Source: Gammaproteobacteria bacterium (GTDB lineage: Bacteria > Pseudomonadota > Gammaproteobacteria > UBA4575). From it: DNA of 64,000 nucleotides. The translations under genes were made by a program, and so were the position numbers. The notes below the pieces were generated by a model that saw only the letters and a list, made by a program, of their open reading frames with translations, was not told the origin of the DNA and did no database searches. This document shows, in pieces, positions 49,345-59,117 of this stretch (its first letter is position 1; each line of letters begins with the position of its first letter). The stretch spans positions 320,001 to 384,000 of the forward strand of contig CBDCUI010000009.1 of assembly GCA_965222615.1 (NCBI GenBank), given 5' to 3'.

Positions 49345-51378
49345 ATGTCTGCAGATACTTACCAAAACTGGAATGTAGAACAAGACTCAGACAATATTGT
49401 TTGGCTCAAAATTGATGTGCAAGGCAGTAACACCAATGTGTTATCCACTGACGTCTTTGCTGAGTTTCAGCAGATATTAACGCAGTTAGCACAAAACCTA
49501 CCTGCTGGAGTAGCAATTATATCGGCTAAACCAAAAGGCTTTATTGCCGGAGCTGATGTAAAAGAATTCACCCAAATTACAACGCAACAACAAGCGTTAG
49601 AAAAGGTGCAGTTTGGTCAAAGTGTATTCGATCAACTTGACCAACTGCAATGTCCTACGATTGCTGTCATAAACGGATTTTGCATGGGAGGGGGGCTAGA
49701 GCTGTCCTTAGCCTGCGACTACCGAATTGCATTAGATGATCCCAGCACTCGCATTTCTTTACCTGAAATTCGTTTAGGCATTCATCCCGGCTATGGAGGC
49801 ACGGTACGTATTTTGCGTTATGTAAATCCACTGGTGGCTATGGATTTAATGTTAACAGGTCGTAGTGTAGACCCCCGACGTGCAGTAAAAATCGGCTTAA
49901 TCGATCACACCGTGGCCAAACGACATCTCATCAATGCCGCAAAAAAGTTACTCCTCGACAAACCGGTAAAAAGTAAAACACCAGCAATACATAAATTGCT
50001 GAACAGCGCGGCAGCGCGCCCTCTAATTGCTATGCAAATGCGCAAACAAGTAGCTAAAAAGGCCTCACCTGAACACTACCCTGCCCCTTATGCATTAATC
50101 GATCATTGGGTTAAAAATTACGGCTCTGAAAAGAAAATGCTGCAAGAAGAAGCACGTTCAGTTGCTGAACTTAGTATGACGAATACAACAAAAAACTTAG
50201 TACGCGTGTTTTTGTTACAAAATGAATTAAAAGCGCTAGCAGATAGCAATTCATCCAAAGTAGAACATGTGCACATCATTGGAGCTGGCGTAATGGGTGG
50301 TGACATCGCCACTTGGTGCGTAACCCAGGGATTGACTGTTACTTTGCAAGACCTCAAGGAAGAAAGTTTAGCCAATGCTAAATCACGCGCTTATAAGTAT
50401 TTTAAGAAAAGATTAAAAGACCGAATCTTGATCAAATCGGCAATGGACCGATTTATTCTAGATGTACATGGCAATGGCTTGAAGCAAGCAGACGTAATCA
50501 TCGAAGCTATTTTTGAGAATAAAAAAGTCAAACGAGAATTATATGCTTCTATCGAACCAGTAATTAAGCAAGACGCACTCTTAGCAACGAATACTTCCAG
50601 CATTGAAATCGAACAGCTATGTGATGCCGTTTCAGATCCGACGCGTTTAGTTGGGCTACATTTTTTTAATCCAGTAGTAAAAATGCCTTTGATCGAAATT
50701 GTTACTGGCGCACAAACTGATCCTCAAATTTCACAACGTGCGATAAATTTTGCCAAACAGATTGGTAAATTACCTTTACCGACTAAAAGCTCACCTGGAT
50801 TTTTGGTCAACAGGATACTAACTCCATATATGGTAGAAGCCGGTTTACTTAAAGAAGCTGGTACTTCAATTACTGACATTGATCGTGCTGCTACACGCTT
50901 CGGCATGCCGATGGGTCCTGTCGAACTGGCAGATACGGTAGGGCTAGATGTGGGGCTGCATGTTGCTGAATTATTGAGCAGTGTCTATGACTATAATATC
51001 CCTAGTTCATTTAAAAATATGGTGGAATCTGGAAACCTTGGCAAAAAAACCGGTAAAGGCTTTTATACTTGGAAAAAAGGTAAAAAAGTTAAACCGAAGT
51101 CTTCTAAGTCTAATAACCAGGATGAATCAATACAAAATAGACTTATATTGCGATTTTTAAATGAAGCCGTTGCCTGTTTACGAGAAAAAGTAGTAGCAGA
51201 CAAAGACCTTCTCGATGCTGGCGTGATTTTTGGTACGGGTTTTGCCCCTTTCCGAGGTGGCCCAATAAACTATATTGAAACGACTGGAGCTGCAGCGCTA
51301 TTAAAAACTTTAAATGCCTTACACGAGCAATTTGGAGAACGTTTTAAGCCAGATAGTGAGTGGCAAAACCTTTCTTAA
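49345..51378 (+). CDS. Multifunctional enoyl-CoA hydratase/3-hydroxyacyl-CoA dehydrogenase (FadJ-like)
   Basis: FIAGADV, GGGLELSLAC, GAGVMG, TNTSS, GLHFFNP, PGFLVNR, GFAPFRGGP. Confidence 0.93.
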   Translation: MSADTYQNWNVEQDSDNIVWLKIDVQGSNTNVLSTDVFAEFQQILTQLAQNLPAGVAIISAKPKGFIAGADVKEFTQITTQQQALEKVQFGQSVFDQLDQLQCPTIAVINGFCMGGGLELSLACDYRIALDDPSTRISLPEIRLGIHPGYGGTVRILRYVNPLVAMDLMLTGRSVDPRRAVKIGLIDHTVAKRHLINAAKKLLLDKPVKSKTPAIHKLLNSAAARPLIAMQMRKQVAKKASPEHYPAPYALIDHWVKNYGSEKKMLQEEARSVAELSMTNTTKNLVRVFLLQNELKALADSNSSKVEHVHIIGAGVMGGDIATWCVTQGLTVTLQDLKEESLANAKSRAYKYFKKRLKDRILIKSAMDRFILDVHGNGLKQADVIIEAIFENKKVKRELYASIEPVIKQDALLATNTSSIEIEQLCDAVSDPTRLVGLHFFNPVVKMPLIEIVTGAQTDPQISQRAINFAKQIGKLPLPTKSSPGFLVNRILTPYMVEAGLLKEAGTSITDIDRAATRFGMPMGPVELADTVGLDVGLHVAELLSSVYDYNIPSSFKNMVESGNLGKKTGKGFYTWKKGKKVKPKSSKSNNQDESIQNRLILRFLNEAVACLREKVVADKDLLDAGVIFGTGFAPFRGGPINYIETTGAAALLKTLNALHEQFGERFKPDSEWQNLS

Positions 51379-51623
51379 TAAACTGTAATTAACGCTATTT
51401 TCACGCCTTCGACCGTTATGTAAATCGTGCGCCTGTGCACATTTTCAATAGTGATAAGTAATTTAAATATAGCCTCTAATATATTGATATATATGGATAA
51501 AATATTGTCAATACAATGGCAAAGTCCAAAATAGTGCTTTCCTTCCTAGGTACTGTCTTATAAAGTGGCCACACACAATTTGGTAGATTCAACTACCGAA
51601 TAATCCTAAAAACTATCAGGAGG

Positions 51624-51887
51624 ATGCATATGGAAGCACTCATGCCATTGATCTATCAGATCATTACTGGTGCCATAGGTGGAAATATAATCGGAGCCCT
51701 TGTCAAAAAAATCAGCCTAGGCGTTCTTGGTAACACAATAGCTGGACTAGTCGGTGGCGGTCTAGGTGGACAATTATTGGGAGGTTTATTAGGCGGTGGC
51801 TTAGGTGGCGATATTGCTGCAGCTGGTGCTGGTGGCGGTATCCTAATGCTAATCGTCGGACTCATTAAAAACGCAATGTCTCGATAA
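51624..51887 (+). CDS. Small glycine-rich membrane protein
   Basis: AGGAGG RBS; glycine-zipper GGxxGG repeats. Confidence 0.75.
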   Translation: MHMEALMPLIYQIITGAIGGNIIGALVKKISLGVLGNTIAGLVGGGLGGQLLGGLLGGGLGGDIAAAGAGGGILMLIVGLIKNAMSR

Positions 51888-51896
51888 ACTTATTAG

Positions 51897-51935
51897 GTGA
51901 GGCGTTTACACATTTTGTAAGCGCCTTACTTTTTA
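51897..51935 (+). terminator. Probable terminator
   Basis: GTGAGGCGTTTAA-like stem (GTGAGGCGTTTACA/TGTAAGCGCCTTAC) followed by TTTTT. Confidence 0.65.
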
Positions 51936-52085
51936 TTTGTACTTACACAAGCATAAGAGGCAAGAATTTTTTCTCCTGACCTTTCCAAAAGTACATTTTA
52001 CAGTACTCAGTGCATGACTAAGTAACATTTAGTCATAGCGAGGATTCGCTAACCACTTGTTAGCTCTTACAAATCACAACTCCTA

Positions 52086-52346
52086 TTATCGTCGACTTCT
52101 CTCTGGGCGTGGGCGTGCTTCGTTAACCCTTACATTACGCCCTTGCACATCGGATTCATTAAGCGCATTGATGGCGCTCTCCGCTTGAGACTTATCGGGC
52201 ATCTCGACAAAACCAAAGCCTTTAGAACGACCTGAGTCCCTATCTTTGATGATGTTTGCACTAGACACTTCGCCATGCGTTGCAAATAAATCACGTAGAT
52301 CGTCTTCAGATATGTTGTAAGGTAAATTACCAATATAAATGTTCAT
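52086..52346 (-). CDS. RRM RNA-binding protein
   Basis: AGGAG RBS; RNP2 IYIGNL, RNP1 KGFGFVEM, VNEARP. Confidence 0.95.
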   Translation of the reverse strand: MNIYIGNLPYNISEDDLRDLFATHGEVSSANIIKDRDSGRSKGFGFVEMPDKSQAESAINALNESDVQGRNVRVNEARPRPERSRR

Positions 52347-52745
52347 TATTTCTCCTAACAATATGTGTTGCTTAAAGACACTTACCGAATAATCAACACA
52401 CAAATTAAACGATAGTGGCGGGTCATTATCAGACTCAATCTGGTCTACTCAACAAAAATCGTGCAGCTAATCTAAATAACAAAGACTCTAAAGAATCAAT
52501 TTATAACTTAGTGGGACTTTTGAGGTAGATATATGAATAAAGACGGAATGGGTTTTAATGTTCTATTAAAACCACTTTATGACCTTGCAAAAACTGGATA
52601 CCATTTCAGGATATCTCTATATATTATTTTTTTATTAATTTTAATCGAGCAAATATTAATCAACATAGAAATAATGCACCAAAACCTTAATAGTGTCTAT
52701 ATATTTCTACAAATAATCTATTCCACTAGACCTAGAATTACATAA

Positions 52746-53013
52746 GGGGCATCCTGATTTATCAGCCAAAGCGGCTAGTGACTGGGACGAGGCAAAAAAT
52801 GTCGAGATAGATCTGCCGGGAGCAGATTTGGGAAGCCCTACTGGCCGTAGGGCGAGTACCAGGAAGGTGCGACTCAAAACGGAATCCAGCCACTAAATTA
52901 AAATTGTTCATTTGTTTTGCAGATATAACCCATCATTTAGTAGCTGGATGAGTATTTTGAGACATTTTTCTCAACTATTATTAGGGACGTATCAGAATAA
53001 ACTAGGGCTTCCC
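52746..53013. mobile_element. MITE-like repeat, expanded copy B with internal palindromic inserts
   Basis: Degenerate termini GGGGCATCCTGATTTATC / AATAAACTAGGGCTTCCC; shares ATGAGTATTTTGAGA...GGGACGTATCAGAATAAA with copies A and C. Confidence 0.65.
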
Positions 53014-53019
53014 GAAGTA

Positions 53020-53577
53020 TTATTTGCAATGTAAAAGATCCCATTGCCCACTAAGAGGATGTAACCGCCAAGGGTATTTATCCTGCTTGACTGAGACCCA
53101 GTAAGGCCACCCAGCCTTACGCCACGGATCATAGACCATACCCTGCTGCCAACTCGAATTCTCGGCATAAATCACTAAGGTATTATGCTCACTTAATAAA
53201 CTGCCATGTTTGGCAACCAGCCAATCAAATTGTACGCTACCTTGGTTTACTCGCTGAATTCTTGAATATAAGTCCTTAGCCCAGTGGCAACAAAGTCCAC
53301 GCTCTCTTATGCCTAATTTGACGAGAAAATTGTGATATTGAGGTGGATTCGTCATTCGATACCCCTGAGCCAATTCTGCAGTAGATGTAACCAATACTTG
53401 AGAGATCAGCTTTGCATCTTCAGCATGTATAGAACTCGATAATGATGTGATAGCAGCTTCTAATTGACGTGCGTTATCCACAACGTCAGCAGATGAACGT
53501 ATGTGAGTACAGCTTATAAGGCTTATAAGGCTTATAAGGCTTATAAACAGTACAATAGTTACAGCATACTTCAGCAC
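53020..53577 (-). CDS. Hypothetical lipoprotein
   Basis: GTG start at 53577 avoids overlap with the DoxX gene; lipobox LISC; RGLCCHWA, EHN, YDPWR (possible Cys-His-Asp triad). Confidence 0.65.
   Translation of the reverse strand: MLKYAVTIVLFISLISLISLISCTHIRSSADVVDNARQLEAAITSLSSSIHAEDAKLISQVLVTSTAELAQGYRMTNPPQYHNFLVKLGIRERGLCCHWAKDLYSRIQRVNQGSVQFDWLVAKHGSLLSEHNTLVIYAENSSWQQGMVYDPWRKAGWPYWVSVKQDKYPWRLHPLSGQWDLLHCK
53512..53546. repeat. 9-bp tandem repeat (GCTTATAAG) x ~4
   Basis: Seen directly; encodes ISL-ISL-ISL-IS before the lipobox Cys. Confidence 0.9.
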
Positions 53578-53614
53578 AAGCTTAACTAGTACTTCAAAAC
53601 TAGCGTTAAAGGTT

Positions 53615-54019
53615 TTAATCAGGCCTAAATGCGTATTTACCACTGCCAAGTAATAGTATTGCCAGGGCACCGAACAAGTAAAACCCTTGTAACTCCAAGG
53701 CCCATCCTCCATGATTGGTTAAGCTAAACAATTCATGCGCATGCACGAGGATAATGGCAATAATCATATTGACTACGATCAAAAAGCCACCAAAACGTGC
53801 ATATAAGCCAAAAATTATCATAAGCGGGGCCACAATCTCTCCAATATACACCCCGTAAGCGATAAGCTCTGGCCATCCAAAACTCGCAAGTTGCCCTTTT
53901 ATAAATGCCAGCGAACCTAAATCGATCAGCTTTGCTACGCCATGGAAAAGCATAAAGCCCCCTACCATAAGGCGTAATATCAATTTACCAATATCGTCGT
54001 TTTTATATAATGCACTCAT
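53615..54019 (-). CDS. DoxX family membrane protein
   Basis: GGAGG RBS; LILRLMVG..MLFHG..KL, GGWALELQ, GSGKYA. Confidence 0.9.
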   Translation of the reverse strand: MSALYKNDDIGKLILRLMVGGFMLFHGVAKLIDLGSLAFIKGQLASFGWPELIAYGVYIGEIVAPLMIIFGLYARFGGFLIVVNMIIAIILVHAHELFSLTNHGGWALELQGFYLFGALAILLLGSGKYAFRPD

Positions 54020-54067
54020 AGTTACCTCCCATTACGTAACAACCAATTTAGTCCTGAGTATCTGTTA

Positions 54068-54267
54068 TCATTCTTTGTTACGAAGCTCAGTGACTTGCAC
54101 ACCGGCAATACCCCAATCATCCGTATCTATTTCTTCAATACTCACAAAAGTCGTAGACGGATTTTCCCCTAAAATGCTTTGTAGCAAATCCGTTACGCCT
54201 CGAATAAGCGCTTTTTTTGTTTCTTAGTAGCATCTTCTTTAGTAATTTTAATATTGACGTAAGGCAT
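54068..54267 (-). pseudogene. 4-oxalocrotonate tautomerase family gene split by a single-base frameshift
   Basis: MPYVNIKITKEDATKKQK in one frame, ALIRGVTDLLQSILGENPSTTFVSIEEIDTDDWGIAG in the -1 frame; junction at an A7 run (54212-54218). Confidence 0.85.
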
Positions 54268-54495
54268 ACTTAGCTATTCATTCTGTGATTTTCATTGCTG
54301 CAACGATGCGGATACTTATTTATAAGATCCACATAAGGTTCAATTGGTGAAAAAATCCTCTATTTATACTAGGGATATTTTACTAGTAAGCTGCACTATT
54401 ATTGAAGTGGTATATGCATGATATAACGGAAAACTTATAATGCGTTTCGAAGTCATATCACTGACTTAATCTTGTAAGTATTAATCTACCTAACC

Positions 54496-55020
54496 ATGAA
54501 ATTACAAACGGCTATATTTCCGTATCTTCTCGCTGCCGGCCTAATCCTTGGCTGCGGCTATTCCAATATTCTTTACAGCAAGGATCCAGCAACCATAATC
54601 TCTGGTTGGGTAGAAAAAATACGCATTGAAAATCAAGATTTTGAGATCAAAGCTAAACTGGATACCGGGGCAAAAACTTCCTCCATTCACGCCATTGATA
54701 TCAAGACCTTTAAGAGAGATGGTGATAAATGGGTAAAATTCACCCTGGAGCTAACTGATAGTAGAGACAAAAAGCACACTTTGAAGTTGGAAAAGCCTCG
54801 CTCTAGGAGAATTAACATAAAAAACCATGATGGTGAACACGATAAAAGAATCGCAGTTGACTTACAAATATGTTTCAACGGAGATATCTACACCACTGAA
54901 TTCACACTAGCCGATCGTACCGAATACATATACGATGTATTACTTGGGCGACAGTTTCTCAAAAAAATAGCAATTGTGGATCCAAATAGAACTTTCCTTA
55001 CACTTGCCATTTGTGAGTAA
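54496..55020 (+). CDS. Retropepsin-like aspartic peptidase (RimK-associated protease family), exported
   Basis: GWVE, AKLDTGAKTSSIHA, EFTLADR, LLGRQFL. Confidence 0.85.
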   Translation: MKLQTAIFPYLLAAGLILGCGYSNILYSKDPATIISGWVEKIRIENQDFEIKAKLDTGAKTSSIHAIDIKTFKRDGDKWVKFTLELTDSRDKKHTLKLEKPRSRRINIKNHDGEHDKRIAVDLQICFNGDIYTTEFTLADRTEYIYDVLLGRQFLKKIAIVDPNRTFLTLAICE

Positions 55021-55096
55021 GCACATTTATCTATAATCTACGACTTCGACGAACGCTGTTTGTTAAAAACATAATCTCTGCATAGCATTCTAGATT

Positions 55097-56629
55097 ATGC
55101 ATAAAATAGTTATCATATTTTGGTCTTTGTTATTCACCTTGGTTGGGTTAGCTATTTTCATTCATAAGACTATTAATCTTGATATTCCTTTAAAAGCAAA
55201 CCAACAAGCTGAAATTTGGACCGTTCAAGCCCGCCTGAGTTTTGAAAGTGACAAAAGAAACGTAAAGGCAAAACTATATGTGCCGAATGTAACTCCTGGT
55301 TACATTAAATTAGATGAACATTTCATCTCAGGTAAGTTTGGGCTCAATGTAAAAGTACATGGAGATAGAAAAACTGCCAATTGGGCAATCCGTAAAGCGG
55401 ATGGAGAACAAACACTTTATTATCGTACAACTGTCACCAAGACTGATACAAGCTCTGATTGGCTAGAAATCCCAAGCTATCCTGAAGCACCTGAATTTGA
55501 CGAACCCTATACAACTGCAATTGCCAAGATTATTGAAGATGTGCGCAGTCAATCTGCGGACACCGCTTCTTTTACACACGAACTAATTGAGCAACTTAAA
55601 TCTTCGGATACAAATGAAAATATTTCTTTGGTAAGGAATCTAGCTCGCTCAGATGATGAATTCGCGGACTTAATCATGAAGTTGCTTTCTGTTGGCCACA
55701 TACCAACGCGTAAACTCTGGGCGGTTGGTCTAACTGATGCGGCAAATTATGTCGAACCACTTGTGTTATTCCAAGCATATAATGGAGATAAGTGGATTAC
55801 ATTTGATCCAAAAACTGGCAAGACTGGTATCCCTGCTAATCATATAATCTGGAAAGTTGGTGGTGAAACTTTATTTGATGTTGAAAATGGTAAAAATACT
55901 GAATTAACTTTTGCCGTTACGAAATCGTATATTGAACTGCTTGATGTTGCTAAACGTAAAGCTAAACAAAAAGGTTCAATCTTTGCCAACTTCACTCTAT
56001 TTTCACTACCAGTACAAATTCAAAATACCTATAGCTTGATATTAATGGTCCCAGTCGGAGCATTACTCGTTGTTTTCATGCGCACTTTTATTGGCGTGCA
56101 AACATTTGGAACATTTATGCCGATCTTGATCGCGCTGGCCTTTCGTGAAACACAACTGGTCTGGGGAATAGCCTTGTTTATAGGTATTGTATTTATTGGT
56201 TTGTTAATCCGATTCTATTTAGAAAGACTGAGACTGTTATTAATTCCCCGATTGGCTGTGATCTTAGTTGTTGTGGTAATTTTAATGCTACTAATTAGCT
56301 TCATAACCAGCAGATTAGGTCTTGATCGTTTGCTTTCTGTATCATTATTTCCAATGGTAATCCTTGCTATGACGATTGAGCGCATGTCTATTACATGGGA
56401 AGAAAATGGTGCTCAAACTGCATTACTGCAAGGTTTAGGTAGTTTAGTAGTCGCCTGCTTAGGTTACATGTTTATGACCGATAAAGGATTAACCTACTTA
56501 ATGTTTGTATTCCCCGAGTTACTTTTAGTCATATTAGGCATTTGTCTTTGGATGGGGCGTTACACGGGGTATCGACTGAATGAATTAATTAGATTTCGAG
56601 AAATGGCATCTCATACAGATAAATCATGA
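55097..56629 (+). CDS. Inactive transglutaminase fused to 7TM domain
   Basis: N-terminal TM, transglutaminase-like core lacking catalytic Cys/His, GVQTFGTFMPILIALAF, FPMVILAMTIER, GRYTGYRLNEL.RF. Confidence 0.85.
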   Translation: MHKIVIIFWSLLFTLVGLAIFIHKTINLDIPLKANQQAEIWTVQARLSFESDKRNVKAKLYVPNVTPGYIKLDEHFISGKFGLNVKVHGDRKTANWAIRKADGEQTLYYRTTVTKTDTSSDWLEIPSYPEAPEFDEPYTTAIAKIIEDVRSQSADTASFTHELIEQLKSSDTNENISLVRNLARSDDEFADLIMKLLSVGHIPTRKLWAVGLTDAANYVEPLVLFQAYNGDKWITFDPKTGKTGIPANHIIWKVGGETLFDVENGKNTELTFAVTKSYIELLDVAKRKAKQKGSIFANFTLFSLPVQIQNTYSLILMVPVGALLVVFMRTFIGVQTFGTFMPILIALAFRETQLVWGIALFIGIVFIGLLIRFYLERLRLLLIPRLAVILVVVVILMLLISFITSRLGLDRLLSVSLFPMVILAMTIERMSITWEENGAQTALLQGLGSLVVACLGYMFMTDKGLTYLMFVFPELLLVILGICLWMGRYTGYRLNELIRFREMASHTDKS

Positions 56630-57570
56630 TAACTGTTGCAAGCCCCAATGTACTTAGGGACAACGGTGTCCTAGGTATTAACCAACGCAATGCTGATTAC
56701 ATCATGCGGTATAACCCACGACGTTTGTATCCGTTAGTTGACGACAAACTACAAACAAAGCACCTTGCTCAGAAAGCCGGTATTGCAGTACCAAAATTAT
56801 ATGCAATTATCAAAATTAATCACCAACTCAAATCACTTGGAGACCTGCTCGATGAAAATAGTCACGCGGTAATCAAGCCTGCACATGGCAGTGGTGGAAA
56901 CGGCATCATGGTGCTAAATGGTAAAGTAGGAAGGCTATTCAAACAATCAAATGGTGATTTGATAAGCTTAAATGCAGTAAGACATTACATCACGAATATT
57001 TTATCGGGGATGTATAGTCTTGGTGGATTATCCGATTATGCCTTTCTAGAATATCGAGTACGGTTCGATCCAATTTTTAGTGATATCAGCTTTAAGGGCG
57101 TTCCTGATATACGAATTATCGTTTTTAGAGGAATCCCGGTAGCAGCAATGATTCGTTTACCGACGAGTAAATCAAATGGCAAAGCAAATTTACATCAGGG
57201 TGCGATCGGCGTTGGCATCGACCTCACAACGGGTAAAACTAATCATGCAGTGGTAGGTAATACGTTAACTGCATTGCACCCCGATACCGGCAATTGTGTG
57301 AGCGATATACAAATTCCAAAATGGAATAAAATATTACAAATCGCAGTCAAGTGTGCAGATACCGTTGGTTTAGGTTATCTTGGTGTAGATATTGTCATCG
57401 ATCGCATTCTTGGACCTCTAATGCTTGAACTAAATGCTAGACCAGGGTTAAATGTACAACTTGCAAACAAAACTGGACTTCAAAAAATATTAAAAAAAAT
57501 AGAAAAAATAAAAAATATTCCTGACGATGTTAATGCACGCGTGGAATTTATGCGTTCCATGCATTCTTGA
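56626..57570 (+). CDS. Alpha-L-glutamate ligase-like ATP-grasp protein (RimK-related)
   Basis: VDDKL, VIKPAHGSGGNGI, GVPDIRII, ANLHQG, LELNARPGL. Confidence 0.9.
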   Translation: MITVASPNVLRDNGVLGINQRNADYIMRYNPRRLYPLVDDKLQTKHLAQKAGIAVPKLYAIIKINHQLKSLGDLLDENSHAVIKPAHGSGGNGIMVLNGKVGRLFKQSNGDLISLNAVRHYITNILSGMYSLGGLSDYAFLEYRVRFDPIFSDISFKGVPDIRIIVFRGIPVAAMIRLPTSKSNGKANLHQGAIGVGIDLTTGKTNHAVVGNTLTALHPDTGNCVSDIQIPKWNKILQIAVKCADTVGLGYLGVDIVIDRILGPLMLELNARPGLNVQLANKTGLQKILKKIEKIKNIPDDVNARVEFMRSMHS

Positions 57571-57598
57571 GACGAAAACTAACATAGGGATTAGTGAT

Positions 57599-59041
57599 AT
57601 GACGGAGTATTTGGGTTTAATTAAAAACCTATTTTTTTTATTTTATGCTATGAGCTTATTTACTTTACAGCAAATAAGCTATGCAAAAGAATCAGACTCA
57701 GTTACGCCGCAAACTGAAATCGTAACAGAAGACTCTAGCAAAACTGAATCAGTCACTGAAAGTGAACAAGCTATTTCCCCAGTTGTTACCGCTGCCAATA
57801 CCGTGGAGGGTGAACAAACTGAGAAACCAGCTGTTGCGCCGAACGTTGACTTAAAAGAAGTTGCACCACCTCCTGAGCCTGTTGTTACTTCACCCGAAGC
57901 CATAGAGAAAGAACCTGAAAAAGCTGCTACTGAAAAACAATCACCTGCTGTCGAAGAACAAAAAACTAGCAAACCTGACGTAGCAAAAACTACAGAAATA
58001 GACTCATCTACACGCGAAAAGTTAATAATTCTAGGCTCGGAAGTCCCAGCCGGTACCTCTACGCGGCTTGCATGGTCCCCACAGATTTCTATATCAGGCC
58101 TTTCTATTCCAACACCTGTTTTAGTCATTAATGGAAAAAAGCCAGGGCCAAGTATCTGCCTAACCAGTGCAATACATGGTGATGAATTAAATGGCATTGA
58201 AGTTGTGCGCCGCGTGATGTATGACATCAATCCTGAAAAATTTAACGGTACGCTTATTGGAGTACCAATCGTCAATTTACAAGGCTTTCAACGCGGTTCT
58301 AGATATTTATCCGATCGCCGCGACTTGAATCGTTATTTTCCAGGGGCTCCTGATGGCAGTCTTGCCTCGAGAATTGCCTATTCTTTATTTACCGAAGTCA
58401 TTAGTCACTGTGAATATTTAATTGATATCCATACCGGTTCATTAAGAAGAACAAACCTTCCTCAAATTCGTGCAGACATGTCTAATGAAAAAGTAGCTAA
58501 ATTTGTAGAGAGCTTTGACAAAATTGCCGTAGTGCATCACCGAGGCAACCCTGGCATGTTACGTACCGCAGCCAATGAAGCCAATATTGTAGCGATTACA
58601 ATGGAATTGGGTGAATCACTACGCATACAAGAAAACCAAATCGTAGCTGGCACCTATGCAGTTAATAGCATATTAGATAGATTTGAAATGTACCCCAGGA
58701 TGTTTATTTGGGGAGACTCAAAGCCAGCTTATTACGAATCTGTTTGGCTACGCGTTGAAAGTGGCGGCATTCTTTTTAGTGAAGCAGATATTGGTGACAA
58801 CGTAACCCAAGGCGATCTGTTAGGCGTAGTAACTGATCCGATTACAAATAAAAAAACAGAATTAACTTCTCCGGTAGCCGGCAATATTATTGGTATGGCA
58901 GTGAACCAGGTTGTTGTGCCCGGTTTTGCTGCCTATCACATTGGTATCGAATCTACACAAGAAGCCATGGCGAAATCCCATGACGAAACCGAATATATCG
59001 AAGATATTGAAATGGATGGTGAAGTCATCGACCCCGAGTAA
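57599..59041 (+). CDS. Succinylglutamate desuccinylase/aspartoacylase (M14-like) protein with long N-terminal linker
   Basis: IHGDELNG, RRDLNRYFPG, IDIHTG, MELG; start uncertain. Confidence 0.85.
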   Translation: MTEYLGLIKNLFFLFYAMSLFTLQQISYAKESDSVTPQTEIVTEDSSKTESVTESEQAISPVVTAANTVEGEQTEKPAVAPNVDLKEVAPPPEPVVTSPEAIEKEPEKAATEKQSPAVEEQKTSKPDVAKTTEIDSSTREKLIILGSEVPAGTSTRLAWSPQISISGLSIPTPVLVINGKKPGPSICLTSAIHGDELNGIEVVRRVMYDINPEKFNGTLIGVPIVNLQGFQRGSRYLSDRRDLNRYFPGAPDGSLASRIAYSLFTEVISHCEYLIDIHTGSLRRTNLPQIRADMSNEKVAKFVESFDKIAVVHHRGNPGMLRTAANEANIVAITMELGESLRIQENQIVAGTYAVNSILDRFEMYPRMFIWGDSKPAYYESVWLRVESGGILFSEADIGDNVTQGDLLGVVTDPITNKKTELTSPVAGNIIGMAVNQVVVPGFAAYHIGIESTQEAMAKSHDETEYIEDIEMDGEVIDPE

Positions 59042-59046
59042 ACCAA

Positions 59047-59114
59047 ATGAGTATTTTGAGACATTTTTTCTTAATCATTATTACAGGGACGTATCAGAAT
59101 AAATCAGAGCTTCC
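59047..59114. repeat. MITE-like repeat, right-half copy C
   Basis: ATGAGTATTTTGAGACATTTT...GGGACGTATCAGAATAAATCAGAGCTTCC. Confidence 0.75.
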
Positions 59115-59117
59115 TTC

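Noticed and set aside
52533-52745. 70-aa plus-strand ORF
   Set aside because: Very AT-rich, lies in the upstream region of the RRM gene, no recognisable motif; a GAGGT before the ATG means it cannot be fully excluded
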